Program-made: the position numbers and the translations under genes
In this document: piece after piece, positions 50,285 to 63,917 of the stretch
How the letters are laid out: the number at the start of each line of letters is the position of its first letter
Numbering within the stretch: position 1 is the first letter of the stretch
Notes under the pieces: generated by a model
Database searches by the model: none
Told to the model about the DNA's origin: nothing
The model's input: only the letters and a program-made list of their open reading frames with translations
NCBI GenBank assembly: GCA_964016885.1
Contig: OZ024745.1
Span: forward strand, 67,580,001 to 67,644,000
Source: Eledone cirrhosa
Taxonomy: Eukaryota
Direction: 5' to 3'
Length of the DNA stretch: 64,000 bases

Positions 50285-53200
50285 TGTGGGTATGGTGTGG
50301 CGTGCGGTGGCCGGAAGCGGGGGAGTGCTTGGCCGGAAGGATGCTCGACCGGAAGGGCCAGCAGATCAGCCTCTCTCTAGTGGTGACCAGCAATGGTGTG
50401 GACGCGAGTTTTGGCAGCTCCCGGTGTTAAGGAGTTGGACGCACGTGGAAGAGGAGAAACCAGCAGTGGGATTTAGCAGCGCCTATGAAAAGCGGTAAGT
50501 GAGATAGCTTTTTCTAACCACAAGCTATTTCGGCACTGGAAACAGATCTGATTTTTAAAAAAAAAAAAAAAAAAAGCTACTGGAAAAACAGAGAGGAGTC
50601 TGTTGTTTTTTTTTATCACGTACCGCAAGACAAATTAGAAGATTGCGACGAGACTACGAACAAGCGAAGCGATCAGGGCATTTACCGGTGAAGGTGATGT
50701 TGTCGCTTGGCTGCGAAAAGTCCGGCTGGTCACAAGCTTGCAGAAGATAGAAGATGTGGCTGGCCTCATGGCACTGTACCTCAAGGGGGACGCGTTGGTA
50801 CTCTTCCTTGAGTTGGACGAACACAGCCAAAGAGATGTGCAAAAGATTGAGAGGCGCATGATGGAAGCGTTCGCTTTCGCTAAGCTGGCAAGAATTAGAT
50901 GGAACGGTGAACGCGTTGACATTTTCGCAGCGGAAATACGACGATTGGCCATGTTGGCTGGATATCAGGTGGAATGCGAACGCACGGTGCGGTTGGCGTT
51001 CATAAATGGATTTCCAGACGACATAGCGGTGAAACTGCAGCAAGTCCCGGGTTACAAAGAAATGGAGATGCGTTCATTGGTGGAACAAGCCCGGATCATA
51101 GCAGAAGATGCCAAGAAGAGTGTCGCGGTGATAGCAACTACAGAGGCTCAAGACAGCTGGCAGCGAAATGGTGAAAGGGAGGCAACCACGGCACGCGGTC
51201 GCCCGCGAACGTTTAGAGGTTGCTGTTTTTGGTGCCAGGGCCCACACATGGCTAGAGTCAAGGCCGGAAATAATATGCTACCGGTGTAAGCGACCAGGCC
51301 ACATCGCTACTAACTGCGACCAGGGAAACGATCCAAGGGGAACTACTGCGCCGGTAGTTGCCCCTTACGAGTAGAGGCGCTGCCCGTGGTGGAAGTCTTC
51401 GTGAGGGGAAAGCCACAGCGAGCCCTTGTGGACACGGGCTGTACGACGACACTGGTGACCGCGGGGGTGGCGCAGAGGGAAGAGCAGTGTAAGGGCAGTC
51501 GACGGCAGGAAAATTGAATGCCGAGGTCACAGCGAGATGGAAATAGCGGTACGGGGAAGGAAAATAAGGCTTTCTGCCACCGTAGTAGACAGCGTGGTGG
51601 ATGGGATCAGCATGGTTATGGACATGGACGCAATTGGCCGTCTAGGAGGCGTCACAGTGAACAACGTCGCTGTGTCGTTTGGCACCGCTGCATCGGTATG
51701 CGCTGTGAGTACGCGACAGGAGAACCAGAAGGCCCACGAGGAGAAATACCCCGCTTACACTGTACAGGACAAAGACTTCAAGGCCGTGTTCGATGGGCAG
51801 CGATAGGTTGTTGAGTGGCACTGGAAGGGAGAACCACCAACACTGAAGACCAAAGTGGGCTGCTATCAACACACATTGAAGGGAAACATTAGGGGCGAGA
51901 GGTAGAGAGGTGGATTGAGGAGGGCATACTGCTTCCCTGGAAAGAGGACGTGAAGTGCGGAGTATTGCCGTTAATGGCGGTGGCGCAACCCACGAAGAAC
52001 AAGGTGAGGCTGGTGCTGGACTTTCGGGAGCTGAACGAGCACGTGTCATGCCACACGGGTGGCGAGGTCACGGATGTCTGTGGGGAAACCCTGCGTGAGT
52101 GGAGACGCATGACGGAGGGTTCAGCAATCGTAGATCTAAAGTCGGCATACTTGCAATTGCATATAGATGAGAAGCTCTAGCAGTATCAGCTGGTCAGGTA
52201 TAAGGGCCGGACATATTGCCTGACCAGGCTCGGTTTCGGGCTGAGCTCCGCACCGAAGATCATGGCGGTGGTCCTCAAGACCATTCTGGGAAAGGCCGAC
52301 AAGATGAAGAGGGCCACTAACTCCTACATTGACGACATCCTAGTGGACGACTCTGGCGTCTCGGCGGCGGAAGTCACGAGCCATTTACAGGGGTATGGAC
52401 TGGCTGCGAAGCCGTCAGAAGCGTTGGAGGGGGGAGTCGCGCTGGGACTTATGGTACGGCGAGACAGGACGGACGTCTTGCTATTCCAGAGGGGAAATGA
52501 AGTTCCAGAACTGGGCCGAAGTATGAGTAGGCGGGAGCTTTTCTTGGTGTGTAGAAAGTTGGTGGGTCACTACCCGATTGCTGGGTGGCTCCGGACAGCA
52601 TGCAGCTATGTCAAGAGACGAGCGGGAGGAGCGACAGAGTGGCAGAGAGGACGGTGGCCATGATGCAGGAGATCGTGGGGAGGGTGAAGGCCGACGACCC
52701 AGTGCGGGGACGCTGGTATGTTCCCAAATCACAGAGCAGGACCGTATGGTGCGATGCCAGCAGCATAGCACTGGGTGTCACATTGGAGATAGGAGGTGTT
52801 GAGGTCGAGGATGCAGCCTGGCTTAGGAAGAAGGACGACTGCAACCACATCAATGTGGCCGAACTGGACGCAGTGTTGAGAGGGGTGAACCTCGCCCTGA
52901 GGTGGAGACTGTGCACCATCGAGATATACACCGACTCGGCTACTGTACTCGGATGGGTGAGATTAGTGCTCACCAGTGAGAAGAGAGTGCGAACGAGAGG
53001 GGCGGCGGAGATGCTGATAAAGCGCCGCCTGGGAACTTTAGGAGAGCTGGCCACCGAGTTCGACCTGAGCCTGAGCGTAGTTTTCGTGCCCTCAGAGAAA
53101 AATTGGGACGTCTTAACTAGGGTGAAGAAAGCCTGGATGGAAGCGCCGGAGGGGGTAGAAGATGAGATAGCTGCCGTGTGTCGGCTGACCGAGTCGGATC

Positions 53201-54405
53201 TGAAAGAGTTGCATGACATGCACCACATGGAAGTGGATAGGAACCTGTTCCTAGCCAGGAGAATCGACTCGGACGTTAACAGACACAGTGTTCAAAGGGT
53301 GGTTAGAGGCTGCGTCCGATGTCAGTCCATTGATCCGGCCCCGGGTGTGCACGAAATGGGAAGCCTCCCGGTGAATCGCGACTGGAAGCGATTGGCGGTG
53401 GATGTAACGCACTACCGACAGGGAACGTACTTCTCGATGGTCGACTGTGGACCAGGACAGATGGCGATATGGAGGGAGATGAAGACTGGAACGGCCGAGG
53501 AAATCATGCGGATGTTGAGAGAAGTGTTCTTGGAGCGGGACCCTGTGGACGAACTGCTGATGGACAACAGCGCAGCGTTCTGCTTGGAGGCGCTGAGGGA
53601 GATGCTCGATGGATGGAAGGTGGACCGTTTCTTCAGAGCAGCGCATAGGCTGAGCGGGAATGGAATTGTGGAGAGACACCACCGGACGATCACGGCAATG
53701 GCGGAGCGGGGCCATATCTCACCAATGGAGGCAGTGTTCTGGTACAACATGTCCCCTCGGGTGGGACAGGTCGAGGAATCGGTGCCACACAGAGCAGTAT
53801 TCAGATACGAGTGGCGGCACCCGTGAACGCCACCACAACGGCCAGTGGGGAGAGAGAGTGCATTCGTGCAGGTGGGCGAAGTCTGGGTTAAGCCCCCAGA
53901 TGCACGTTGCACATCTCAATGGGGAAGGGGAACGGTGACGGCCGTAAATTCCCAGAATAATGTATCCGTGGACGGAGTACCACGTCATTTCCTGGATGTC
54001 CGTAGAATCACTGTGTCAACGGACTCCAAGGAAAAGGAAACCCAAAGTGCCGCCCCAACACTGCGGAGATCGCAAAGAAGTCGCAAACCACCAACCTGGA
54101 CAGCAGACTTTCATATGCAGAAGGACGAGGGGGGAAATTGATCCTTGAGATCAGGGGGGCGTGTGAGTATAGTGTGGCGTGCGGTGGCCGGAAGCGGGGG
54201 AGTGCTCGACCGGAAGGGTGCTTGACCGGAAGGATGCTCGACCGGAAGGGCCAGCAGATCGGCCTCTCTCTAGTGGTGACCAGCAACGGTGTGGATGCGA
54301 GTTTTGGCAGCTCCTGGTGTTAAGGAGTTGAACACACGTGGAAGAGGAGAAACCAGCAGTGGGATTTAGCGGCGCCTATGAAAAGCGGTAAGTGAGATAA
54401 CCACA
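50285..54405 (+). mobile_element. Full-length degenerate Ty3/Gypsy LTR retrotransposon (4.1 kb)
   Basis: LTRs 50285-50522 and 54162-54405 (TG...CA); 5-bp TSD TATCT (50280-50284, 54406-54410); PPT AGGGGGGCG; gag with CCHC knuckles, protease (ALVDTG), RT (DLKSAY, YIDD), RNase H (WCDAS), integrase (HHCC, catalytic core), C-terminal RRSQR..KPP; multiple stops and frameshifts. Confidence 0.95.
50640..54141 (+). pseudogene. Disrupted gag-pol of the Gypsy element
   Basis: ORF pieces 50738-51289, 51168-51374, 51537-51806, 51950-52180, 52262-52663, 52585-53826, 53845-54141 in shifting frames. Confidence 0.9.
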
Positions 54406-56042
54406 TATCTGTCTAGCTGTGTGTATCTGTTCAGCTGTGTCCAGCTGTCAAAAATTATTGTTAGCTTAAGAACCCTGAAAATAAAACCTGTTCAAGTATC
54501 TTTCTTTGCTCGAAACATAACCAACTTGATTCATCCTCTAGATCAGAGTCTATTGCTACATTCAAACCCTACTTTTTACAGTGTATTTTAAGTTCTTAGA
54601 TGATGAAACTAAACCCACTGTAAAAGAATTTCGGCATAACATGAATACTAATGAAAATTTCACTGAAGCACCGTACTAAGTAAAAACAATCAAAATGAAT
54701 CTTATACTTGTATGAAGTTAAAATCTATCTAGATTGCATTGCAGACTTCCTGGATATTAAGGGGCCAGTTTAGGAGATTGTTGAACTGGCATACCAGACT
54801 GGGTTTAATGATACAAATAAAGAATATGTAGTGGGGTTACTTCAATCACAGGGTAAAGAAATATCTATTGAGGATCTCATGGAGAAGGAACATCACTGTA
54901 TTGAAGAAGATGATAATGATTTCTGCTATAGACACAAGGTCAGTAATTTGGAGGGAGGGGAAAGTCAATTAAATCAACCCAGTGCATTACTGGTGCTTTT
55001 ATTTTATTTTATTGACCCTGCCAGGATGAAAGGCAAAGCTAACCTCAGTTTCAATCAGTCACACACCACAAGAGATATCGGAAATGATTGAGTCAAGCCA
55101 ACACACTCATAGAATTACTGTGAGTGACGGTGAGGCTAAGGCACTGTAACAATCAAGTACCCTCAAGAGCATCACCTGACACCTTGGTAAGGTGAGCGCC
55201 GCTAATGATGACAAGAACTTTGCTGTCAGTGGCCCAGTTCCATCAAATATCTCGAACACCACAGACTGAAAAAAAATAGTATTTTAGGATTTTATTTGAT
55301 TTTGCACAATAATTTCACTCAACAATATTTATTCTGTGGGACAGACAACATATTGTATAACCCTCATATTTTGGACCTCCATTTGTTCCTTCTACGAGTT
55401 TTCCACCTTTATAATCAACAGAACAGCTTGCTCGTGAAATGTGGCTGAGCAATCTACAGGCATGTGTGCCCTGGATTCAATGTGACTGTGTGACAAAGCT
55501 GGCCCTTTGAATTACAGGTAGAACTGTTTTTTTGTTGTTTTTTTTTTCAGCTGAGTTATCTGAAACAAGGTGAGATAATGTCTTACTCAATGACATAATG
55601 GACCACCGAAAATCGAACTCACGACTTTATGATCGTGTACCAAACACTCTAACCACTAAACCACGCACCATTACAGGATAGACGAGACAAACACATAGAA
55701 ATTATACTTATAACTATCATTAATCCATTTACTGGGCCATTAAAAATACAAGTTAAAAAGCTGACGGTTTTTTTTTTTGCAACTACTGAGATCCATCAGT
55801 TTTAGTGTGTAATGTCCACTATTAACTTTAAGAATTATTGGTAATTAAATTAATATATATATATACAATTAAATAAATATATATATATACTAAATAAAAT
55901 TTGTTATATATATATAATCTGAGTTTTTCGAATATTAATAATAACATTCGATTCGTTTGCAATTATGCAAACAAGCCTCAATTTTATAGCCATGTCAGTA
56001 GAATGAACACTTCATTCTTGCTCTTGTGTTGGCATGCGAACA

Positions 56043-56092
56043 GAACTGCAGACACTAATGTTTCTGGGTATCACCCTTCATCAGTACAGCTC
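56043..56092 (-). ncRNA. Minimal type I hammerhead ribozyme
   Basis: Minus strand: GAGCTGTA-CTGATGA-AGGGTGATACCCA-GAAA-CATTAGTG-TC-TGCAGTTC; 8-bp stem I, near-palindromic stem III, GUC; A.A mismatch at the base of stem II. Confidence 0.75.
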
Positions 56093-56383
56093 ACTGTTGG
56101 AACGAATCGAATGTTATTAATATTCGAAAAACTCAGATTATATTTATTGTATTCAGCCATGTAGAACGAAATTTTCTTTTATATATATATATATATATAT
56201 GTAGGAGGTGAGTTTTATTATAGTACAATAAAGCAATGCAGATATCGGATAAGTAGCACTCTACAGTTTGTAGGACTGGAGTATAAATAATATATAAGAT
56301 CAAAAGATGGTTAAAAGAGTTCCATGTATGATTTAAAACTGCCCTATTCACAAGTGTTTTTTAACCTTCATATGATGTCTCCC

Positions 56384-56454
56384 TATTTTATCTGACGAAA
56401 ACGCAAATGTCATCGCATGATGATATTTGTTTTTGAAATGCGCATAATAAAATA
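56384..56454 (+). ncRNA. Minimal type I hammerhead ribozyme
   Basis: TATTTTAT-CTGACGA-(16-bp stem II, one mismatch, GCAT loop)-GAAA-TGCGCA-TA-ATAAAATA; perfect 8-bp stem I, palindromic stem III, AUA triplet. Confidence 0.85.
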
Positions 56455-56517
56455 CATGGAACTCTTTTAACCATCTTTTGATCTTATATATATATATATA
56501 TAGTTTTAATATAGATG

Positions 56518-56568
56518 AGATTCTACAGGACTAGAACTGTTTCATTCATTAGAAATCATCAGGAATCT
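56518..56568 (-). ncRNA. Type I hammerhead ribozyme, possibly degenerate
   Basis: Minus strand: AGATTC-CTGATGA-TTTCTAATGAAT-GAAA-CAG(TTCTAGTC)CTG-TA-GAATCT; U.U mismatch at the base of stem II. Confidence 0.6.
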
Positions 56569-57163
56569 GGGTATCAAAAAATAAAAATGGTATTTATAGG
56601 TCTCTACAAGTGGTAGGAGAAGGTGGGGAGTGGGATGGGTGTAGGTCATTGGTTGATAGAAAAGGGAATTCATTAAAAGCTAATTCTACAAAGCTATAGT
56701 TTATTTTTATTTATTTATGTTTTTAGAGTAACGAGGGCAGACAGAATTCTATAAACAAGTTCCGGATGGCATACCATTCCTTGTCATTAAGTTTCCCTTA
56801 AGCTAACAGATGTCTATAAGATCAGTGGGGGGTCAGTCATGGTCGATAGAATTAAAGAAAAGGGAGATTCTTTAAAAGCTAAAATCATTAAGGTTCTACT
56901 AAGTGACAAAGGTTTAGAGAATTCTGTACATAGATTCAAAATACTGAGTGCATATCTTACAATTATCTTCGAACTTCTCTTAAACTAATCAACTATATGC
57001 CAAAAATCAACAGACACATTCACAAAAAAACATACTCACTCACACACTCACGCGCAACCATAAACACACATACACATACACATATACACACATAAAAACA
57101 CACACACATATATATAAATATATTTATATACATACACATACATACACACATACATATATATAT

Positions 57164-57212
<49 letters not shown>

Positions 57213-57364
57213 TATATACATACACACACACATACATATATATACACACACACACACATATATACACATATAAATACACTCACACACATACATACAAACA
57301 CAAATATACATGTGTATACATATACACAGAAATACACATAGATATATATACATATATATACAGA

Positions 57365-57396
<32 letters not shown>

Positions 57397-57424
57397 CATA
57401 TATATACATACACATATATATATA

Positions 57425-57491
<67 letters not shown>

Positions 57492-57529
57492 AAAAACACA
57501 TACACACACATATATACATATACACACAA

Positions 57530-57639
<110 letters not shown>

Positions 57640-57704
57640 ATATATAGATATATATATATACATACGTCGTGTGGACGCGTTCTTGAGACTAGTAAAATGA
57701 GGTA

Positions 57705-57794
57705 TCCTCTTGATAAGTCGGCAGACCTCGCAGGGACTCTATATCTTTATGATATATTGTTTTTGTTTATGCCACGAAACTACGTAGTCGAGGA
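57705..57794 (+). ncRNA. Minimal type I hammerhead ribozyme, U3-A8 core variant (copy 1)
   Basis: Stem I TCCTC/GAGGA; core TTGATAA; stem II GT(C)GGCA...TGCCAC with long extension; GAAA; palindromic stem III ACTACGTAGT; GUC cleavage triplet ending at 57789. Confidence 0.72.
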
Positions 57795-58299
57795 ATTTAG
57801 GAGCAGTTTAGGTATGATACATTTTATTACTAATTATATCTAAATGTTTCTTCTCTCTTCATAATGTATTTTTAACTCTGATACTGGTTCAGTCTAGTTC
57901 AACTGAATTGGTCTGTCCCAGTCATTCATTGAGCAACATCGGTGAAGTTGGCACCCTTAACTCACAGTTGGGTGCGGATGCATTCATGTATATATGTGTA
58001 TGTCCGCATGTATCTGTGTGTTTCTAAATATATTGTTAATAACTCCCTCTGGTCGAGCAATCTTTGAAGTGTGGGGACAGCTGGAAAGCTTCCATTACTC
58101 ATACTTCTCGCCTTCTTCACCACCTCTTCTACGGCCTCGATATAAATACCCCCTCCGCCTCCGTGGTATTTTCATCGGGGTTATAAGAGGCTTAGCTCTG
58201 TTTCTCGACCGTTATATCGCGTGACTATCTCCCCCTCCGCCTTTTGGGATTCTTTCTCACGTCGTGTGGACGCGTTCTTGAGACTAGTAAAATGAGGTA

Positions 58300-58389
58300 T
58301 CCTCTTGATAAGTCGGCAGACCTCGCAGGGACTCTATATCTTTATGATATATTGTTTTTGTTTATGCCACGAAACTACGTAGTCGAGGA
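58300..58389 (+). ncRNA. Minimal type I hammerhead ribozyme, U3-A8 core variant (copy 2)
   Basis: Identical to 57705-57794. Confidence 0.72.
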
Positions 58390-58526
58390 ATTTAGGAGCA
58401 GTTTAGGTATGATACATTTTATTACTAATTATATCTAAATGTTTCTTCTCTCTTCATAATATATATATATATATATATATACATAAACAAACATATACAT
58501 ATACATACACACACACACACATACAT

Positions 58527-58577
<51 letters not shown>

Positions 58578-58603
58578 TATACACATATATAAGGAAAAAG
58601 CAC

Positions 58604-58693
<90 letters not shown>

Positions 58694-58702
58694 TATATAC
58701 AC

Positions 58703-58737
<35 letters not shown>

Positions 58738-58785
58738 TACACCATTCATACATATATTCATATATATATACATACACACACATAT

Positions 58786-58866
<81 letters not shown>

Positions 58867-58979
58867 TATATATACATACACATACATACACACATACACA
58901 TATATATATACACACACACACTCATATACATACACATATACACACACACATGCACATACATACATATATACACACAAAT

Positions 58980-59024
<45 letters not shown>

Positions 59025-59103
59025 TATATATATATATACACATATATACACACATATATACACAAATATATATATTTATATATAAAAATATACACACATA
59101 TAT

Positions 59104-61985
59104 ATTTTGCAGCAGGTCAAGGGAGGTAATTCTGGCCGGTGTTAGGGCAGTCTTTCCCGCACAATTTTTTTTTTTTTTTTTTTTGCCGCATCCGTTTGTC
59201 TGAGGCTGGGTCTGGTATGCAAGGATTGTTTCCTGGGTGTTATTTTGCAGCGCCTGCCCGCCGGGGTGTTAAGACTTTTTGCAGGGAGGTCCAGTGTACT
59301 GTTTCACTCTTCATCCTTAACCCATCTGAAGAAGGATATTTTTAAGCGATGTGTACAACTTATCGCCGTTTCAGCTCTGCTGTTGATGAGCTCGTGGGGT
59401 GCAGTTATGATGTGATAGAGCTCCATGAGGCAAAGATCGCATTTCCTCTTGAAGTTGTACGGTGCAGCCCTGCCGACAATCTCCCAGTGCGTGGAGAAGC
59501 TGATGTTTAAGTCCTTTAGTGATGTGATGTAGTCCGCGAGCGAAGTGGAGTGCCTTAGTTTTCTATTTGTGAAAGAGTGGAGATGTGTTCGAAACCTAAT
59601 TTTGAACGGGCCGGAGGTAGCCCCTATATAATGTTTAACGCTATTGTGGCTAGTAATAGTGCATCTATATATAACCCTATCAGTCAAGCAGTATCCTCTA
59701 AGGGGGCAGCGTCCTCTGTCGCGGCAGTTGCAATTTCTGTCGCGGTTCCGTCTATTTCCCACGGTAAGGCTATCATTGTTGCTGCCTACGTTGTTTCCTA
59801 CGCTACCGCAGCTGTCCTTAGTACCATTACAACCCACAGCACGCGGGGAGGTGCGATTGTTATTCCGCACGTCATGTTCTGCATGTTCCCCAGTCATTTC
59901 GCGGTTATTCTGGTTGCGTCTGCGGATGCCGTTGCCAACACTATTGGATGCTGCCGGGGAGTTGTTAAGGCCGATATAGTTATTGTCAGGTGTAGGTGCG
60001 TCTGTGACGAGGTGCTGTGTCTTGGTGATCTTACTGTGGTTCGTTGTTCCTATAATGTCTGTTAGGTTAGGGGTAGTAGAGAAGGATATTTTATATTGTT
60101 CCTATTAAGAATTTTTCTAGACCTATGGTTGGGCGGGAAGTTCTTCTCTAAGGCTTCGAAGAACATCCGGGGTATGTTGGAGGCCACACTCCGAGAGTAG
60201 GGAGGGTGGAACCATAGGACGTTACGGTGGTGATTACGTGTCCTTGTACTTTTGCTACGGGTGGTTCCATCTAAGTGACCACTCTTATGTGTGTTAATGC
60301 GTAGTCGCCCGTTCGGTGCCCCTTTCATTTTATGCTCGGGTGCACTCTTTCTACCTCTTCCATGTTTATGTACACGAAGATGTTGGTTGGAAGGCGTTGG
60401 TAGTAGGCCGTCGCCTTTGTTGGTTTTGTAATAGGGGAATAGTTTGAGTAATCTACAGTGTTCACCGTCGCCGGGGTCGTGATCTTTGGTGCGGTTATCT
60501 ATTCTGTTATATCCGACTTCAACGAGGTCGCCGCGTGATCGGTTATAGGTATGGCTTACTATAACGTTAGTTTTATGAGGGGGTGGTTTCTAGAGCTAGC
60601 GTTAGGGATGTAGGAAATTCCTCGGTTAAAGCCGGCGCTTATCAGGGCCTTATTGTAGTAATCTGCCGCTTGGTTGAAGATATCCTCATTGGCGGATAGC
60701 CTCGAGATTCTATGTGAGATACTATAGACTATGGAGTTGAGAGTCTGCTTAGGGTGGTTGGAGGCATAATTAATATAAGAGAGGCACTCTCCAGGCTTAT
60801 GGTATGGCTTGTATAAGCCCGTACTCAACTCCAGGGTCACGTCCAGGAAGTTGACAACCCTGTGGTTGAGGTCCATAGTTACGGATAGGCCGTATGACTT
60901 AAAGAACCTGTGTATATGTTTGTTAAGGTTCTCTATCCTACGGGGGCTATGGTTCCTAACGGTAAACAGGGCGTCGTCCCTATATACACCTCCTTGTAGG
61001 GCCGGTATTTCTTCCCTAAGCTTATGTAGGAGGTATATCCCGACCAGGTCGTTGCTTGCGCTGAGTCACTGGACCCCATCGTGACATCGAAGTTATCAGG
61101 ACGGTTGGTTCTGGTCCAGTGGGAGTCTTCGAACTGGATAATGGTTCTACGTGCCGCTAGAATTATGTCTATTTCTTTTTTAGTGAGGCTAGTGTTAGAT
61201 CTAGCTAAGATAAGTGCCTTATTTAAGAGTATGGGGGAGATAGAGGCGTAGTAACTATCTATATCAAACTGGATGAATTTCAGGGTGGCTTTATCCGGCA
61301 ACTCGGTAAACCAATTTATGACCTGGTCGGTGTTGCCCCAGAGGCAGACCTTAGCCTTTCTATTAAGCTCCAGTAGTAGTCTGTCGGGGATCACTTTACT
61401 AATCTTACCTATATCTGATGTAGAGGGGCATATTAGTCTAATAGAGGGGCTTTCATTAAAGTCATATTTGTGATCCTTAAGAGAGAATTTAGGCGTCAGA
61501 GGGACGTACGGGTTAGTGTACTTTTCTATTTCTAAGCTGGTGACTATATGCTTCCCTACTCTATTTATGTCATTTAAGGTACTAGAGGGTGTCTTTTTGT
61601 AGTCTTTGTGTAGTTCCTTATAGATGAATTTTTTATACTCACTCGCGTCCATCTTGTACAGCTTTTTGGTTTTGTCGGAGGTGACGAAGAGGTGCGGATC
61701 ATTCTTGATCTTAGTTATTAGTGTATCAAGGGACGATAAGAATGGATTGCTGCATTGGTGTTTCTTTCTGAGCTTAACGTTTTTGATCATTTTCAGCAGG
61801 TCCTCTTCAAAGGAGTCCAGTAAGGTGTTGTGCGGTGGGTTTCGGTATGTTTTGAAACCATACTTCTCTTTGGGTTCAGGAAGGTTACGGGTGTTCTTAT
61901 CCAGGTGGTAGGCCTTCCATCTGACTCTCCGTATAAACGAATTAGTAGCGTCTATAAGCAGTTTAAGGTAGGTTTTTGCTTTCCC
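59104..61985 (-). mobile_element. Penelope-like retroelement (RT + GIY-YIG endonuclease), frameshifted, 5'-truncated
   Basis: RT motifs [19 protein letters not shown] (60973-60984), VNFLDVTL, YHKP..INYASNHP; GIY-YIG VIYRC...YIGATSGPFKIRFRTH...CDLC..E; flanked by (TA)n-rich tracts. Confidence 0.92.
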
Positions 61986-61987
61986 AC

Positions 61988-62030
61988 GTATATATATATA
62001 TATGTATGTATATATATATATATATATATG

Positions 62031-62080
<50 letters not shown>

Positions 62081-62118
62081 TATGTATGTATATATATATG
62101 TATATATATATATATGTG

Positions 62119-62195
<77 letters not shown>

Positions 62196-62302
62196 GTATA
62201 TGTATATATATATATGTATATATATATATGTATGTATATATATATATGTATATATATGTATGTATATATGTATGTATATATATATATATGTATGTATATA
62301 TG

Positions 62303-62353
<51 letters not shown>

Positions 62354-62400
62354 GTATGTATATATATGTATATATATATATGTATGTATATATATATATG

Positions 62401-62438
<38 letters not shown>

Positions 62439-62915
62439 TATGTATATATATGTATGTATATATATATATGTATATATATGTATGTATATATATATATGTA
62501 TATATATATATGTATATATATATATGTATATATATATGTATGTATATATATATATATGTATGTATATATATATATGTATATATATGTATGTATATATATA
62601 TATGTATATATATATATGTATATATATATATGTATATATATATATGTATATATATATATGTATATATATATGTATGTATATATATATATATGTATGTATA
62701 TATATATGTATATATATATATGTATATATATATATGTATATATATATGTATGTATATATATATATATGTATGTATATATATATATGTATATATATGTATG
62801 TATATATATATATGTATATATATATATGTATATATATGTATGTATATATATATATATGTATGTATATATATATGTATGTATATATATTTTATGTATGTAT
62901 ATATATGTATGTATG

Positions 62916-62948
<33 letters not shown>

Positions 62949-63027
62949 GTATGTATATATATATATGTATGTATATATATATATGTATGTATATATATAT
63001 GTATGTATATATATATATATGTATATG

Positions 63028-63061
<34 letters not shown>

Positions 63062-63063
63062 TG

Positions 63064-63149
<86 letters not shown>

Positions 63150-63150
63150 A

Positions 63151-63220
<70 letters not shown>

Positions 63221-63292
63221 ATATATATATATATGTATGTATATATATATGTATATATATATATTATTTATATATATATATATATATATATG

Positions 63293-63337
<45 letters not shown>

Positions 63338-63497
63338 ATATATATATATATGTATGTATATATATATGTATATATATATATTATTTATATATATATATAT
63401 ATATATATGTATTTATATATATATATATATATATGTATGTATATATATATGTATATATATATATGTATGTATATATATATATGTATATATATATATG

Positions 63498-63528
<31 letters not shown>

Positions 63529-63667
63529 GTATTTATATATATATATATATATATGTATGTATATATATATGTATATATATATATGTATGTATATATATAT
63601 ATGTATGTATATATATATATATGTATGTATATATATATATATATATATGTATGTATATATATATATA

Positions 63668-63707
<40 letters not shown>

Positions 63708-63790
63708 ATATATATGTATATATATATATATGTATGTATATATATATGTATATATATATATGTATTTATATATATATATATATATATATG

Positions 63791-63825
<35 letters not shown>

Positions 63826-63826
63826 T

Positions 63827-63857
<31 letters not shown>

Positions 63858-63884
63858 ATATATATGTATATATATATATGTATG

Positions 63885-63917
<33 letters not shown>

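Larger units (their letters stand above)
57664..58460 (+). mobile_element. Retrozyme-like or Penelope pseudo-LTR tandem unit: two identical 202-bp direct repeats, 595-bp period
   Basis: 57664-57865 is identical to 58259-58460; no credible ORF; embedded in TA/CA microsatellite; each repeat holds a hammerhead motif. Confidence 0.8.

Noticed and set aside
52611-53912. Antisense ORFs of 150-205 aa within the Gypsy element
   Set aside because: Shadow ORFs of GC-rich pol sequence with no motifs.
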